Source: Candidatus Daviesbacteria bacterium (GTDB lineage Bacteria; Patescibacteriota; Microgenomatia; Daviesbacterales; UBA10151). Taken from it: a stretch of 64,000 nucleotides of DNA. A program made the translations under genes and the position numbers. The notes under the pieces were generated by a model. It ran no database searches. It worked only from the letters and a program-made list of their open reading frames with translations, and was not told where the DNA came from. Location of the stretch: contig JACOXD010000010.1 in assembly GCA_016176465.1 (NCBI GenBank), positions 71,497 through 135,496 of the forward strand, written 5' to 3'. The first letter of the stretch is position 1, and the number at the start of each line of letters is the position of its first letter. Shown here piece by piece: positions 39,978 to 49,443 of this stretch.

Positions 39978-40718
39978 ATGTCTCATCAAAATGAATCAGT
40001 GAAAGAAAATCCTGTGGTTGAGAAAGGAAGGCGGCGAGTTTTATCTATATTTCATCCCGGAGTTGGTCAGCGACAATTTACAATACCTGGATTAACGCCT
40101 CACTTAAAAGGTCTGCAAGGAAAAGTTATAGAGCATAGCAATATTTTTAGAGTTAATAGATTACTTGAAAAAGCTTTTCCTGAGCTGGTAGATACCCAAT
40201 CAAGAGTTACCAGGGGTCCCCTAAACTATGATTTCTCAAAAATAAGAACTCATCAAAGGAGAATAGAAAGACTTAAGAGGGAGCTGGAAAAAGACAAAAA
40301 AGTGGTTAGTGTAATAAGCAGGACAGCTTTGTTTAGAGGACATTTAAAAAGGAAATTATCTGACGGGGAAATTGATGGAAGGGTGGTTTTAGGGGCGGGT
40401 GCTATATTATTTTCAATAGGAGTAGCTGCATACTACGAATGGAAAGCAAGGCAGGGGCAAGATTTAAAAAATATTTCTCAAGCAGTTAACGAGATAGACT
40501 TTACAGATTTTCACTCTACACTCCAACAAGTTCGAGGTAACTTAAGAAAAGTGATTCCTAGAATTAAAAGATGGGAGAAAAAAATAGAAGAAATCTGGCA
40601 TAGATCCAAGACCACTTTATCAGTTGAGACATTTATTGATAAACATGGAAGACCACCTGATAAACCTTCAGATTTACTTTTAAACGCAGTTAAGCCTAAA
40701 GATAAGCAGTCTATTTAA
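39978..40718 (+). CDS. Hypothetical protein with one TM segment
   Basis: Long ORF. The upstream in-frame ATG (39885) lies in the repeat; TATAAT at 39960 favours 39978. Confidence 0.6.
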   Translation: MSHQNESVKENPVVEKGRRRVLSIFHPGVGQRQFTIPGLTPHLKGLQGKVIEHSNIFRVNRLLEKAFPELVDTQSRVTRGPLNYDFSKIRTHQRRIERLKRELEKDKKVVSVISRTALFRGHLKRKLSDGEIDGRVVLGAGAILFSIGVAAYYEWKARQGQDLKNISQAVNEIDFTDFHSTLQQVRGNLRKVIPRIKRWEKKIEEIWHRSKTTLSVETFIDKHGRPPDKPSDLLLNAVKPKDKQSI

Positions 40719-42633
40719 ATCCTAAATAATCTAGCAATGCTTTAAATCTGAGTGTATGGGGTTCTCCTATTTTTAAAATAGTTTTAAACACTTTAGTAAG
40801 CCTATCTGATTCAACCATAGGTTTACCTTCCTTTCCAAAAACTTGTGCTTGATGTAAATTTAAAATGGAATTAATTAATCCTAAATGAGTAAAAGCTTGG
40901 GGGAAATTTCCCAAATGTTCTTTAGTAAAGGGATCTAGCTCTTCTGCATATAAACCAAGTGGTGTACTATCATGAGTTATTTTATTAAGCCAAACTTTTG
41001 CCTCATCAACTCGTCCAAGTAGCGATAAGTTATCTATCAACCAAAAAGTGGACAAGAAAAATGCGCCCTCACCCTTTTTTAGCTTATCTTTTTCATTAGA
41101 GGTTCTTAATACAAACCAATCAATCACCAATTTTTGCATTACTTGGTTTAGTGTTGATAAAACTTTAGGATCGCTGGCGGGTAAAAACCCAACAATTGGA
41201 ATGTTTAAACAACTAGCATCTATTATTTCGCTATCATAAGTATCAACAAAAGCATTAATTTTTTTATTAAATCCATTCTCCAAAATATCTTTTTTTATCT
41301 CCTCTTTAGTTTTTTCCCAGGATTTTATATCCGCAACAATACTTAGTTTTTTAGCAATTCTAATTCCTCTATCAACTCCTGCCCAGCACATCAACTTAGA
41401 ATAAGTGTGGTGTTTTTCCTCCCCTCTTCCCTCCCAAATACCGTCATCTTTTTCCTTCCAGTGAATAGCGCAATAGTTGACGAGTTTTTTAACAAAACCC
41501 TTCATTGCTTCGTTTAAATCTCCTCCCGCATTAATATATAAATCAATTGCCGTTAAAACTTCACCAAAAATATCAAATTGTTTTTGATGAGCTGCTCCAT
41601 TTCCTAACCTAACAGGTTTCGAATTTTTATAACCGCTTAAATTGGAAAGTTCTATCTCCTCAAATTTTTCATCACCATGTAATCCATACATAATGGAGGG
41701 GGGCGCATCTTTTTTAAGACAAACTTTTTCCAACCATTCAATAAACCTTTCTGCTTCTTTTACATATCCCAGGCCCAAAAAAGCATAAACAGTAAATGAG
41801 GCATCTCTTAGCCAACTGTAGCGATAATCCCAATTAAATTTACCACCAATTTTTTCAGGGAGTGAGGTAGTAGGTGCTGCTACAATCGCTCCAGTTGATT
41901 CAAAAAATAAAAGCTTTAAAGTTAGTGCAGATCTTTGAATTATTTCAAGGTAAGGACCCTCGTAACTACATTTTGATATCCACCACTGCCAATATGCTTC
42001 GGTCTCTTTATAAATTTTATGAAAATCATCCTTTGAATATTTAGGGATCTTATCTTCCTTTTGATAGATAGAAAATCCAAAGAAAATGTCTTGTTTTTCT
42101 TTAAGTTTAAAGTTTAAAGTTACTGTGTCGTTTTGAATTTTTGGTGGATAGAGAGTATAAAGAACAAGTCTATAAAGTGCATCTTCAAAAAAAACTGCGC
42201 CCCTTTTTATTTCAATTTTTGCTTTAGTTAAAACCCAATTGGGAGTCAGCTTTAAAGTTAAAACCATATCATGATCACCGCTAAGTGCCCTTACTTTTCT
42301 AACAATTTTTAGTCCAAACTTAGGGATATAATTTTTTTCATCCATCTCAATTGTTATTGGCATGAAATCAGTTACTACGACGTTACCTAGCTCATTAAAA
42401 AAGTAAGTTTTTAGAATGTTAGTATTACCTTTATATATTTGGTTTGTTTGATAACCTCCGTTTTTGGGTGCAATCTTAAAAAAGCCACCTTTTCTATCAT
42501 CCAAAATCGAACAAAAATAGGCAGCAGAGTCAAAATTTGGCAAGCAACAAAAATCAATTGATCCATCATCAGAAATTAGCGCGCTAGAGCGACAGTCTCC
42601 AATTATCCCGTAGCTACTAATAGGTTTATACAT
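40711..42633 (-). CDS. Glycoside hydrolase family 15 (glucoamylase/trehalase-like)
   Basis: IGDC...AL, AAPTTSLPE..GG..NWDYRY.W.RD, GIWE.RG and LGNFPQAFTH motifs. Confidence 0.93.
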   Translation of the reverse strand: MYKPISSYGIIGDCRSSALISDDGSIDFCCLPNFDSAAYFCSILDDRKGGFFKIAPKNGGYQTNQIYKGNTNILKTYFFNELGNVVVTDFMPITIEMDEKNYIPKFGLKIVRKVRALSGDHDMVLTLKLTPNWVLTKAKIEIKRGAVFFEDALYRLVLYTLYPPKIQNDTVTLNFKLKEKQDIFFGFSIYQKEDKIPKYSKDDFHKIYKETEAYWQWWISKCSYEGPYLEIIQRSALTLKLLFFESTGAIVAAPTTSLPEKIGGKFNWDYRYSWLRDASFTVYAFLGLGYVKEAERFIEWLEKVCLKKDAPPSIMYGLHGDEKFEEIELSNLSGYKNSKPVRLGNGAAHQKQFDIFGEVLTAIDLYINAGGDLNEAMKGFVKKLVNYCAIHWKEKDDGIWEGRGEEKHHTYSKLMCWAGVDRGIRIAKKLSIVADIKSWEKTKEEIKKDILENGFNKKINAFVDTYDSEIIDASCLNIPIVGFLPASDPKVLSTLNQVMQKLVIDWFVLRTSNEKDKLKKGEGAFFLSTFWLIDNLSLLGRVDEAKVWLNKITHDSTPLGLYAEELDPFTKEHLGNFPQAFTHLGLINSILNLHQAQVFGKEGKPMVESDRLTKVFKTILKIGEPHTLRFKALLDYLGFK

Positions 42634-42681
42634 AGCAGGGTAAATTTAGTATACAAAAAATTATGTTATACTGCTAAAGCT

Positions 42682-43545
42682 ATGAAGCTTGCTAACTTAA
42701 AAACCAAAATTTTCTTAGATGGGGGAGATCCTAAAGAAACAGCAGAAATAAAAAATTTACTTGGTTTTTTAGATGGCCAAACAACTAACCCTACTTTAAT
42801 TTCCAAAAACCCCGATGCTGCAAAACGGTTATCTAAAGGAGAAAAATTTTCCCCTGATGAAATTTTTGAATTTTATAAACAAGTTGTTAAAGAGATATCC
42901 AGGATTATTCCTGAGGGTTTTGTATCAATAGAAGTTTATGCAGATGCAAATACAAAACCTGCTGAAATGCTAAAGCAGGGAAAAGAAATGTTTAGATGGA
43001 TTCCAAATGCACATATAAAATATCCAACAACAAGCACGGGTTTAGAAGCAGCTGAAAAATCTGTTAAAGAAAATTTAAGGGTTAATATGACCTTGGTTTT
43101 TTCGGAGGAACAAGCTGCAGCGGTCTACTCTGCTACCAAAGGTGCCAAAAAAGGAGAAGTCTTTGTTTCACCTTTTGTAGGCAGGTTAGATGATAAGGGG
43201 GAAAACGGGATGACCTTAATAGAAAATATTTTAAAAATGTATAGTGAGGGAGATAATCACGTTGAAGTTTTAACTGCCTCTGTTAGGAATTTAGAACATT
43301 TTATATATGCTTTGCATTTGCAGTCAGATATTATTACAGCTCCTTATAAAATATTAAAACAGTGGGGAGAATCAGGAATGCCACTACCAGGAGATGATTT
43401 TGTTTATATGGTTGAAGGGCTAGAGGATATTCCTTATAAATATTTAGATCTAGAGAAAGATTGGAGAGATTTTGATATTAAACATGAGTTAACTGATATT
43501 GGAATTGAAAAGTTTTCTTCTGATTGGAATTCTCTAATTAAATAA
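42682..43545 (+). CDS. tal: Transaldolase family protein
   Basis: FLD, TTNPT, IK.P, NMTLVFS, SPFVGR.DD and ASVR motifs. Confidence 0.92.
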   Translation: MKLANLKTKIFLDGGDPKETAEIKNLLGFLDGQTTNPTLISKNPDAAKRLSKGEKFSPDEIFEFYKQVVKEISRIIPEGFVSIEVYADANTKPAEMLKQGKEMFRWIPNAHIKYPTTSTGLEAAEKSVKENLRVNMTLVFSEEQAAAVYSATKGAKKGEVFVSPFVGRLDDKGENGMTLIENILKMYSEGDNHVEVLTASVRNLEHFIYALHLQSDIITAPYKILKQWGESGMPLPGDDFVYMVEGLEDIPYKYLDLEKDWRDFDIKHELTDIGIEKFSSDWNSLIK

Positions 43546-43586
43546 TCTTGACTTCTTAAAATTTAGTCCTATAATCCTTGCTTAAT

Positions 43587-44033
43587 ATGAGTGCTGAAAG
43601 AAACGGGCCAAGGTGGATAAACTATAGAACCTTTATCCGTGAGGTAGTAATTGATCAAAGAAGAGCTCTAGAACTAGCATTACAAGTAGCTAGTGGAGAG
43701 CTGCAGGTTAGAAGACCTCAGGAGGCGGACTGGAATGAGATTGCAAAGTTAGTAGAAAGAGGGGACTTAAATAGTTACCACCAATGGGCATTACTCATTG
43801 GTCACGTACCCTGGATTAGAAGAACACTAAAAAATGATCCAGGTCAAGCAGTCAGAATGTTTGTAAGCACTGAGAAGATGCTTTTTGGAAAATCTCCTTT
43901 TAGCACAATGGATTATCGACCAAGATTTGTAACCACTTCCATAGGTGGGTTAGCAGAGCAGTTTGCCTCTAATCCCGCACTTTCCCGTTTAATGAGAATA
44001 GTTAGTGATACACCAATAGAGTTATTCCAATAA
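43587..44033 (+). CDS. Hypothetical protein (Lys-poor)
   Basis: Open 148 aa; TTGACT...TATAAT promoter upstream. Confidence 0.55.
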   Translation: MSAERNGPRWINYRTFIREVVIDQRRALELALQVASGELQVRRPQEADWNEIAKLVERGDLNSYHQWALLIGHVPWIRRTLKNDPGQAVRMFVSTEKMLFGKSPFSTMDYRPRFVTTSIGGLAEQFASNPALSRLMRIVSDTPIELFQ

Positions 44034-44075
44034 ATCTTTATTTACACTCACAACTTTTTTCGCTATATTGATTCT

Positions 44076-45020
44076 ATGAAAATTGGATATATTGGTTTGG
44101 GGAAAATGGGGAAAAATATGGTTTTAAACCTTTTGGAAAAAGGCATCAAAGTTGTGGCTTGGAATAGATCTCCTGAGCCTCTGGACGAAGTTGTTAAAGC
44201 TGGTGCAATAAAAGCAAAGAGTATTGAAGATTTGGTAGTGAACTTAGATTCTTCTGGTCCACTGGACCATCAGAATGACAGACATGGGCGAATTATTTGG
44301 TTAATGTTAACAGCAGGGGAGGTGGTTGACGAATATTTGGATAAACTTATCAAATTACTTGATAAAGGAGATTTAATAATTGATGGTGGAAACTCCTATT
44401 TTAAAGATACTCTAAGAAGAGGGGAAAATTTGAAAAAGTTAGGTATTAGATTTATGGATATTGGTACATCAGGCGGTCCTAGTGGTGCAAGAGAGGGTGC
44501 TTGTTTAATGATAGGCGGGGATAAAAAAGATTTTCAAGAAATTTTACCCTTAGTAAAAGCAGCATCTGCCAAGGATGCATATGGACATTTTGGGAAAGTA
44601 GGAGCAGGGCATTTTGTAAAAATGGTTCACAATGGGATTGAATATGGGATGATGGAATCTATTGCAGAGGGTGCCGCAATTTTAGAGAATTCTCAGTTTA
44701 ATTTAGATCTAAGGGAAGTTTTTAGAGTTTACAATAGCCGCTCAGTGGTTGAGTCAAGACTAGTTGGTTGGTTACTGGATGCTTTTAGAGATGATCCAAA
44801 ATTAAAAGATATTTCATCAGAAATTCACTCAACTGGCGAGGGGGAATGGACAATTAAAACTGCTAAAGAGATGGGAATAGATATTCCAGTAATAGAGGAT
44901 TCATTTAAAGTTAGGAAAAATTCAAGCAAAGATAAGGAAAATTCACCCACTGGATTTCGCAACAAGTCAGTCTCAGCCATGCGTGGAAAATTTGGCCAAC
45001 ATTCTGTAAAAAAATCTTAA
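44076..45020 (+). CDS. gnd: 6-phosphogluconate dehydrogenase (decarboxylating, short form)
   Basis: GLGKMG, IDGGNS, SGG, KMVHNGIEYG and GEG.W motifs; in-frame repeat insert. Confidence 0.95.
   Translation: MKIGYIGLGKMGKNMVLNLLEKGIKVVAWNRSPEPLDEVVKAGAIKAKSIEDLVVNLDSSGPLDHQNDRHGRIIWLMLTAGEVVDEYLDKLIKLLDKGDLIIDGGNSYFKDTLRRGENLKKLGIRFMDIGTSGGPSGAREGACLMIGGDKKDFQEILPLVKAASAKDAYGHFGKVGAGHFVKMVHNGIEYGMMESIAEGAAILENSQFNLDLREVFRVYNSRSVVESRLVGWLLDAFRDDPKLKDISSEIHSTGEGEWTIKTAKEMGIDIPVIEDSFKVRKNSSKDKENSPTGFRNKSVSAMRGKFGQHSVKKS
44246..44280. repeat. GTCA-type element in frame within gnd
   Basis: AGATTCTTC-TGGTCCACTGGACCA-TCAGAATGACA, read as DSSGPLDHQND. Confidence 0.85.
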
Positions 45021-45105
45021 ATAAATCCTTGCAAAAAATATTATAAGTTTGGTATCCTAGCATAGGAATTTTTCTCCTTAAAACTGTCTCTTAAGGACTC
45101 TGCCT

Positions 45106-45145
45106 AAAATCCCAATATGTCAAGCTATTCCACCTCCGGTGTGGA
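45106..45145. repeat. CCACC-type palindrome with a REP-doublet leader
   Basis: ATCCCAATATGTCAAGCTATTCCACCTCCGGTGTGGA; leader resembles 47125-47149 and 62533-62558. Confidence 0.65.
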
Positions 45146-45236
45146 TATCTATATCTTTATCTATCATGTTGTTTTTTATACCTGTTGTATATTATTATCT
45201 TTTTCATTAAGAACACAAAATAAGGAGGTGATTTAA

Positions 45237-45620
45237 ATGTTTAAAGGAATTGAAGCAATTTTAATTGGTAGTGAGAATGCAACAAACTTAGCTAACTTTT
45301 ATAGAGATAAAGTTGGATTGGAAATTAAATTTGAGGCAGAGATGGGGGAAGAGGATAGCCCAACTAATATGTATGAGATGGGAACTGGTGGAGTGAGTAT
45401 TTATATAATGGATCACAAAGATGTGAAGGGTAAATCTAGCAATCCACAAAGGGTAATGTTTAATCTAGAGGTAGATGAAATTGAAAAGAATGTTAAAGAG
45501 TTAGAAGATAGGGGAGTTAAAAAAGTGCAAGATATATATCATGTAGAAAATTATGGATATATCGCTACTTTTGAGGATCTAGATGGAAATTATTTCCAAT
45601 TAGTTAAGACTAAAGAGTAA
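45237..45620 (+). CDS. VOC/glyoxalase family protein
   Basis: FY...GL and F.D.DGN motifs; strong SD AAGGAGGT. Confidence 0.85.
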   Translation: MFKGIEAILIGSENATNLANFYRDKVGLEIKFEAEMGEEDSPTNMYEMGTGGVSIYIMDHKDVKGKSSNPQRVMFNLEVDEIEKNVKELEDRGVKKVQDIYHVENYGYIATFEDLDGNYFQLVKTKE

Positions 45621-45624
45621 AATA

Positions 45625-47076
45625 CTAGATAGCGCAAAAATCCATGGAGGGTTCAAGCCAATATCGTCCATTTTTTTGGATAAACTGATCCGCTTCCTTG
45701 GGCCCCCAACTGCCGGGATTGTAACTATGTACTTTAGTTTTACTTTTTGCTAATGGATCAATGAATTTCCACTCAGATTCCACCTCTTCTACATTATTAA
45801 AGAATGTTTGATCCCCCTTTATAGCATCAAAAATTAAGCGCTCATATGGGTCTGGAAAATAGTGAGAATCAGAGCCTAGCCTATAACAAAATTGCATATA
45901 AGTGGGATCAAGTTCCCACCTATGGCCAGGCTTTTTAACTAAAATTTTTAAAACAATTCCTTCGTTGGGTTGAATTCTAAAAATTAAGACATTTGGTTCA
46001 GTTCCACTCCTTAGGTGTTTAAACAACCTATTGTGGGGTGTCTTAAAAATAATTGAAATTTCAGTGACAGTTTGGGAAAGTTTTTTCCCTCCCCTTACAT
46101 ATATTGGAACCCCTTTAAATCTTGCATTTTTAATCATTGTTTTAAAAGCAAAAAAAGTATCAGTTGAAGAATTTGGATTTACACTTTCTTCTTTCAAATA
46201 TCCATCATATTGTCCTAAAACTAAATTTTTAGGGTCAACTTCTAAATTTTCTAAAATCTTAACTCTCTCTTTAGTTAGTGCTGCATCAGAATAATCTGTT
46301 GGTGCATCCATGGTGGCAAAAGCCAACATTTGTAAAAGGTGATTTTGACCAACGTCTTTAAGTGCACCAACGCTATCGTAATAACCTCCTCTTTTACCAA
46401 TTCCAAAATCTTCAGTAGCAGTAATTTGGATGTGATCAACGTGATCTTTATTAAGTAAGGGCTCAAATATTCCATTACCAAATCTAAAAGCTAAAATATT
46501 TTGCAAAGTCTCTTTTCCAAGATAATGGTCCAGTCTATAAATTTGATCTTCTCTAAAATACGAAAGTAATAATTTATTTAAATCTTTAGCTGATTTAAGG
46601 TCATTGCCAATTGGTTTTTCTATCATTAATCTAACCCAGCCGTTTTTTTGCTCATTTAATTTTTCACTTTGCAAATTTTGAAAAATCTGATCATATAAAT
46701 CAGGATAAGTTGCTAAGTAGAAAATTCTGTTACCTAATTTCTTATTTTCAGAGTCTAATTGGCTTAAAAATTGACTTAATTTTTTGTAAAGATTGCGATC
46801 AATAAGATTTCCATTTAGATAATGCATTCTGGTAAAAAGTTTTTCAAAAACTTCATCTTTAATAGCATGTTGGTGATGTCTATTTTCAGAGGTTAATACT
46901 TTTTTAATATATTCTCTAAATTCCTCTTTACTTTGGGGTGAGCGGGCAATACCTATTATTGAAGTTTCTTTAGGGAGTAAGTTTTTTTCCTCGATGTCAT
47001 AGAGTGCAGGAATTAATTTTATTTGGGCTAAATTTCCGGTTATCCCAAATATTATTAAAGTAAAAGAATCCATCAA
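45625..47076 (-). CDS. zwf: Glucose-6-phosphate dehydrogenase
   Basis: FG.TG.LA, EKP.G, YR.DHYLGKE, QNH and QPNEG motifs. Confidence 0.97.
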   Translation of the reverse strand: MMDSFTLIIFGITGNLAQIKLIPALYDIEEKNLLPKETSIIGIARSPQSKEEFREYIKKVLTSENRHHQHAIKDEVFEKLFTRMHYLNGNLIDRNLYKKLSQFLSQLDSENKKLGNRIFYLATYPDLYDQIFQNLQSEKLNEQKNGWVRLMIEKPIGNDLKSAKDLNKLLLSYFREDQIYRLDHYLGKETLQNILAFRFGNGIFEPLLNKDHVDHIQITATEDFGIGKRGGYYDSVGALKDVGQNHLLQMLAFATMDAPTDYSDAALTKERVKILENLEVDPKNLVLGQYDGYLKEESVNPNSSTDTFFAFKTMIKNARFKGVPIYVRGGKKLSQTVTEISIIFKTPHNRLFKHLRSGTEPNVLIFRIQPNEGIVLKILVKKPGHRWELDPTYMQFCYRLGSDSHYFPDPYERLIFDAIKGDQTFFNNVEEVESEWKFIDPLAKSKTKVHSYNPGSWGPKEADQFIQKNGRYWLEPSMDFCAI

Positions 47077-47121
47077 GAGATTAGGATATAGAATAATGAA
47101 TTAAGAATCAAGAGAAATATT

Positions 47122-47160
47122 TAGATCCCGATGTGTCAAGCTAATTCCAATCCGGGATTG
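47122..47160. repeat. Solo RAYT3-type doublet
   Basis: Perfect CCAATCCGGGATTG at 47147-47160, with a degenerate copy 25 bp upstream. Confidence 0.8.
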
Positions 47161-47251
47161 TAAGTTCATACCTTTGAAATTAGAGTAATTCCTGTGGAAG
47201 CAGTTAAATATTGATTTAGGAAATTATTTTTGTTAGGCTAACTAAGCAGTT

Positions 47252-47854
47252 ATGTTAAAACCCTTTGCTTTAAGAGAACACTCCAAAATGCAGGAAGTTT
47301 TAATGGATCCAAATGCCACTGGGCCGGAGATCCACTATTACATGATTCGCGGTGGGTCTGATAAAACAAATGTCACAGTTTGGGAAACAGGGACTGTTGG
47401 TGGAGAGTACATTAAAACTTATGGACACTACCATGTTGGGGATTTGGATGAAACTTACTGGATAGTCCAAGGAGAAGGAATTGTGTTATTACAAACTAGA
47501 AAACAAGGAGCAAATAATCAGCTTATTGATGATGAGCTAGAAGCATTCTATGCAATCAAAGTAAAAGTTGGGGATAGTGTTTTTATTCCATCAGGTATGG
47601 GGCATCTGGTTGTAAACACTGGAAAAACTTGGCTTGTAACAATTGATGATAGCCCGGTCAATTTTGAAGAAGTAGATCCAGTCAGCTTACCCGGTCATGC
47701 TGATTATGAGGCAGTTAAAAAGATGAAGGGCTTTGGTTACTACGTTATTGAGGAAAGTGGAGAACCAAAAGCAGTTGCTAATACTAATTATAAAAATTTA
47801 CCGGAGGTTAAATGGTTAACTCCATCAGAGTTTAGCGAACTAACGGGGCATTAA
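47252..47854 (+). CDS. Cupin-type (archaeal-type) glucose-6-phosphate isomerase
   Basis: G.EY.KT.GHYH...E.Y...G.G..LLQ and IP...GH...N motifs. Confidence 0.85.
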   Translation: MLKPFALREHSKMQEVLMDPNATGPEIHYYMIRGGSDKTNVTVWETGTVGGEYIKTYGHYHVGDLDETYWIVQGEGIVLLQTRKQGANNQLIDDELEAFYAIKVKVGDSVFIPSGMGHLVVNTGKTWLVTIDDSPVNFEEVDPVSLPGHADYEAVKKMKGFGYYVIEESGEPKAVANTNYKNLPEVKWLTPSEFSELTGH

Positions 47855-49426
47855 TAGATCTATCAAGTGGTGTATTTTCTATATCAATTGTATTTCCACC
47901 AAATCTTTGCTGGATCCGATTGGCCTTATCTATTAATCCATTAATTTTAGAGAACTCATCTTTATTCTCCTGAATAAATTGGAAGGCATTAAACTCGCTA
48001 AAAATAAAAGATTGCCAAGAACTATTTGGGTGATACTTACTATTTAAGTAACTATCTTTTTCTTTTAAAGAACTTAATATGCTAATTGCCCAATAAAATT
48101 GTCTTCGATCCTCGGGATTAGATCCTTCGGCATTTTTATCTAGCTTATTTAGAATCTGCTGACTTTCATTAATGGATGGAATCCAGGCTTCATAAGCATC
48201 GGTAGATAAACTAGTTATGTAATAATAATCAATCTCATCATTAACAGTTGGTTTATATTTAGTAGCAATTAAGCCATCAATATTAAAAAGGTTTACAAAT
48301 AAAAGAATAATTAAAGTTGCTGCTACATTAGTTGAGAAAAACCACTTTTCTTTTATATCTTTTAGAATTCTAACAAGTAGTATAAAAAGTAAAACGCTTA
48401 GCCAAACTATAAAAATAAATCCAAAAATTCTAGCTCTGGTTAAACCATGAGTTGCCTGATACAAATTTAAACGTTGCAGTGCAGATAAAAGTAATAGGCC
48501 AATTTCTAAAACCAAAACTGATGAAGTAATTTGAACAATGAATTTTTGTGTTGATTGCAAATTCCTCAAAAATCTCAAAACAAAAATTATTACAATGGTG
48601 GCAATACTTGATGCAATAAGTAATTCAAAAAATCCTTTTCTCACATACTCTGAATAAGTGAGACTTTGTATTCCCAGCTGGTGTAATTCTCTTTCATCCA
48701 GGTTGCTAAAAGGGTGACGATGCTTGTTGTTACTACCAGTAATTCATAAAAGCGGCCTAAGGTTTTCTTATCTGGATTTAGTAATGATTGTTCAGTCTTT
48801 TTAAGTTGGGTTATACCGAGGGTAAATACTGCCGAAAAAACGATTAACGATATTATTAACCTTTCCCAAAAGTTGCCCAAAAAGTTTTCAGTTAATTTGG
48901 CAAAAACTGGATCTGCGCGCAAAAGAATTATGGCAAGTATTACTAAAATGGGAATAGCTATGCCAACACCTCTAATAACTGCTGTTGCTATTTCCTTATG
49001 ATTTTCTTTTTTAGAAATAGGAGGAGACTTAAAAAAATCAAATAAACTACTAAGTGAATCTCTTGCAATTAATAGGGGAGTCAGTAAAAATTGAGGAATT
49101 TGAAAATTAAATAGTTGCATATTTTTATAAAAATAAAGCGCCACAAAAGAAAAAAATATGGAAGTTAAAATATTAATGCTTGAAACTACCTCATTTGCCC
49201 GCAGACCTACTAAAAATGCAAATGTTATGGAAATTAAAGAAAAAACTATTCCAAGACTTAAGTATTTACTGCTTTTTTCCCGAGTTAAATAAAAATAGCT
49301 ATGTAGAAGAAAAATAAAAACCCCTGCTCCAATTCCAATTTGAACTTTGTAGAAAAGTAAGTTGTAAAGAAAAGTAAAAACTAATGCACCCGCAATGGCA
49401 AGCATCTTGCTTATACAGTATACCAA
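47832..49426 (-). pseudogene. DUF4153/DUF4173 membrane protein, frameshifted near 48710
   Basis: N-part has LL.ADPVF; the other frame resumes NLDERELHQLGIQSLTYSEYVRKGFFEL...RL.LY...GLT..R. Confidence 0.75.
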
Positions 49427-49443
49427 AAGAGGTCAAATTAGCC

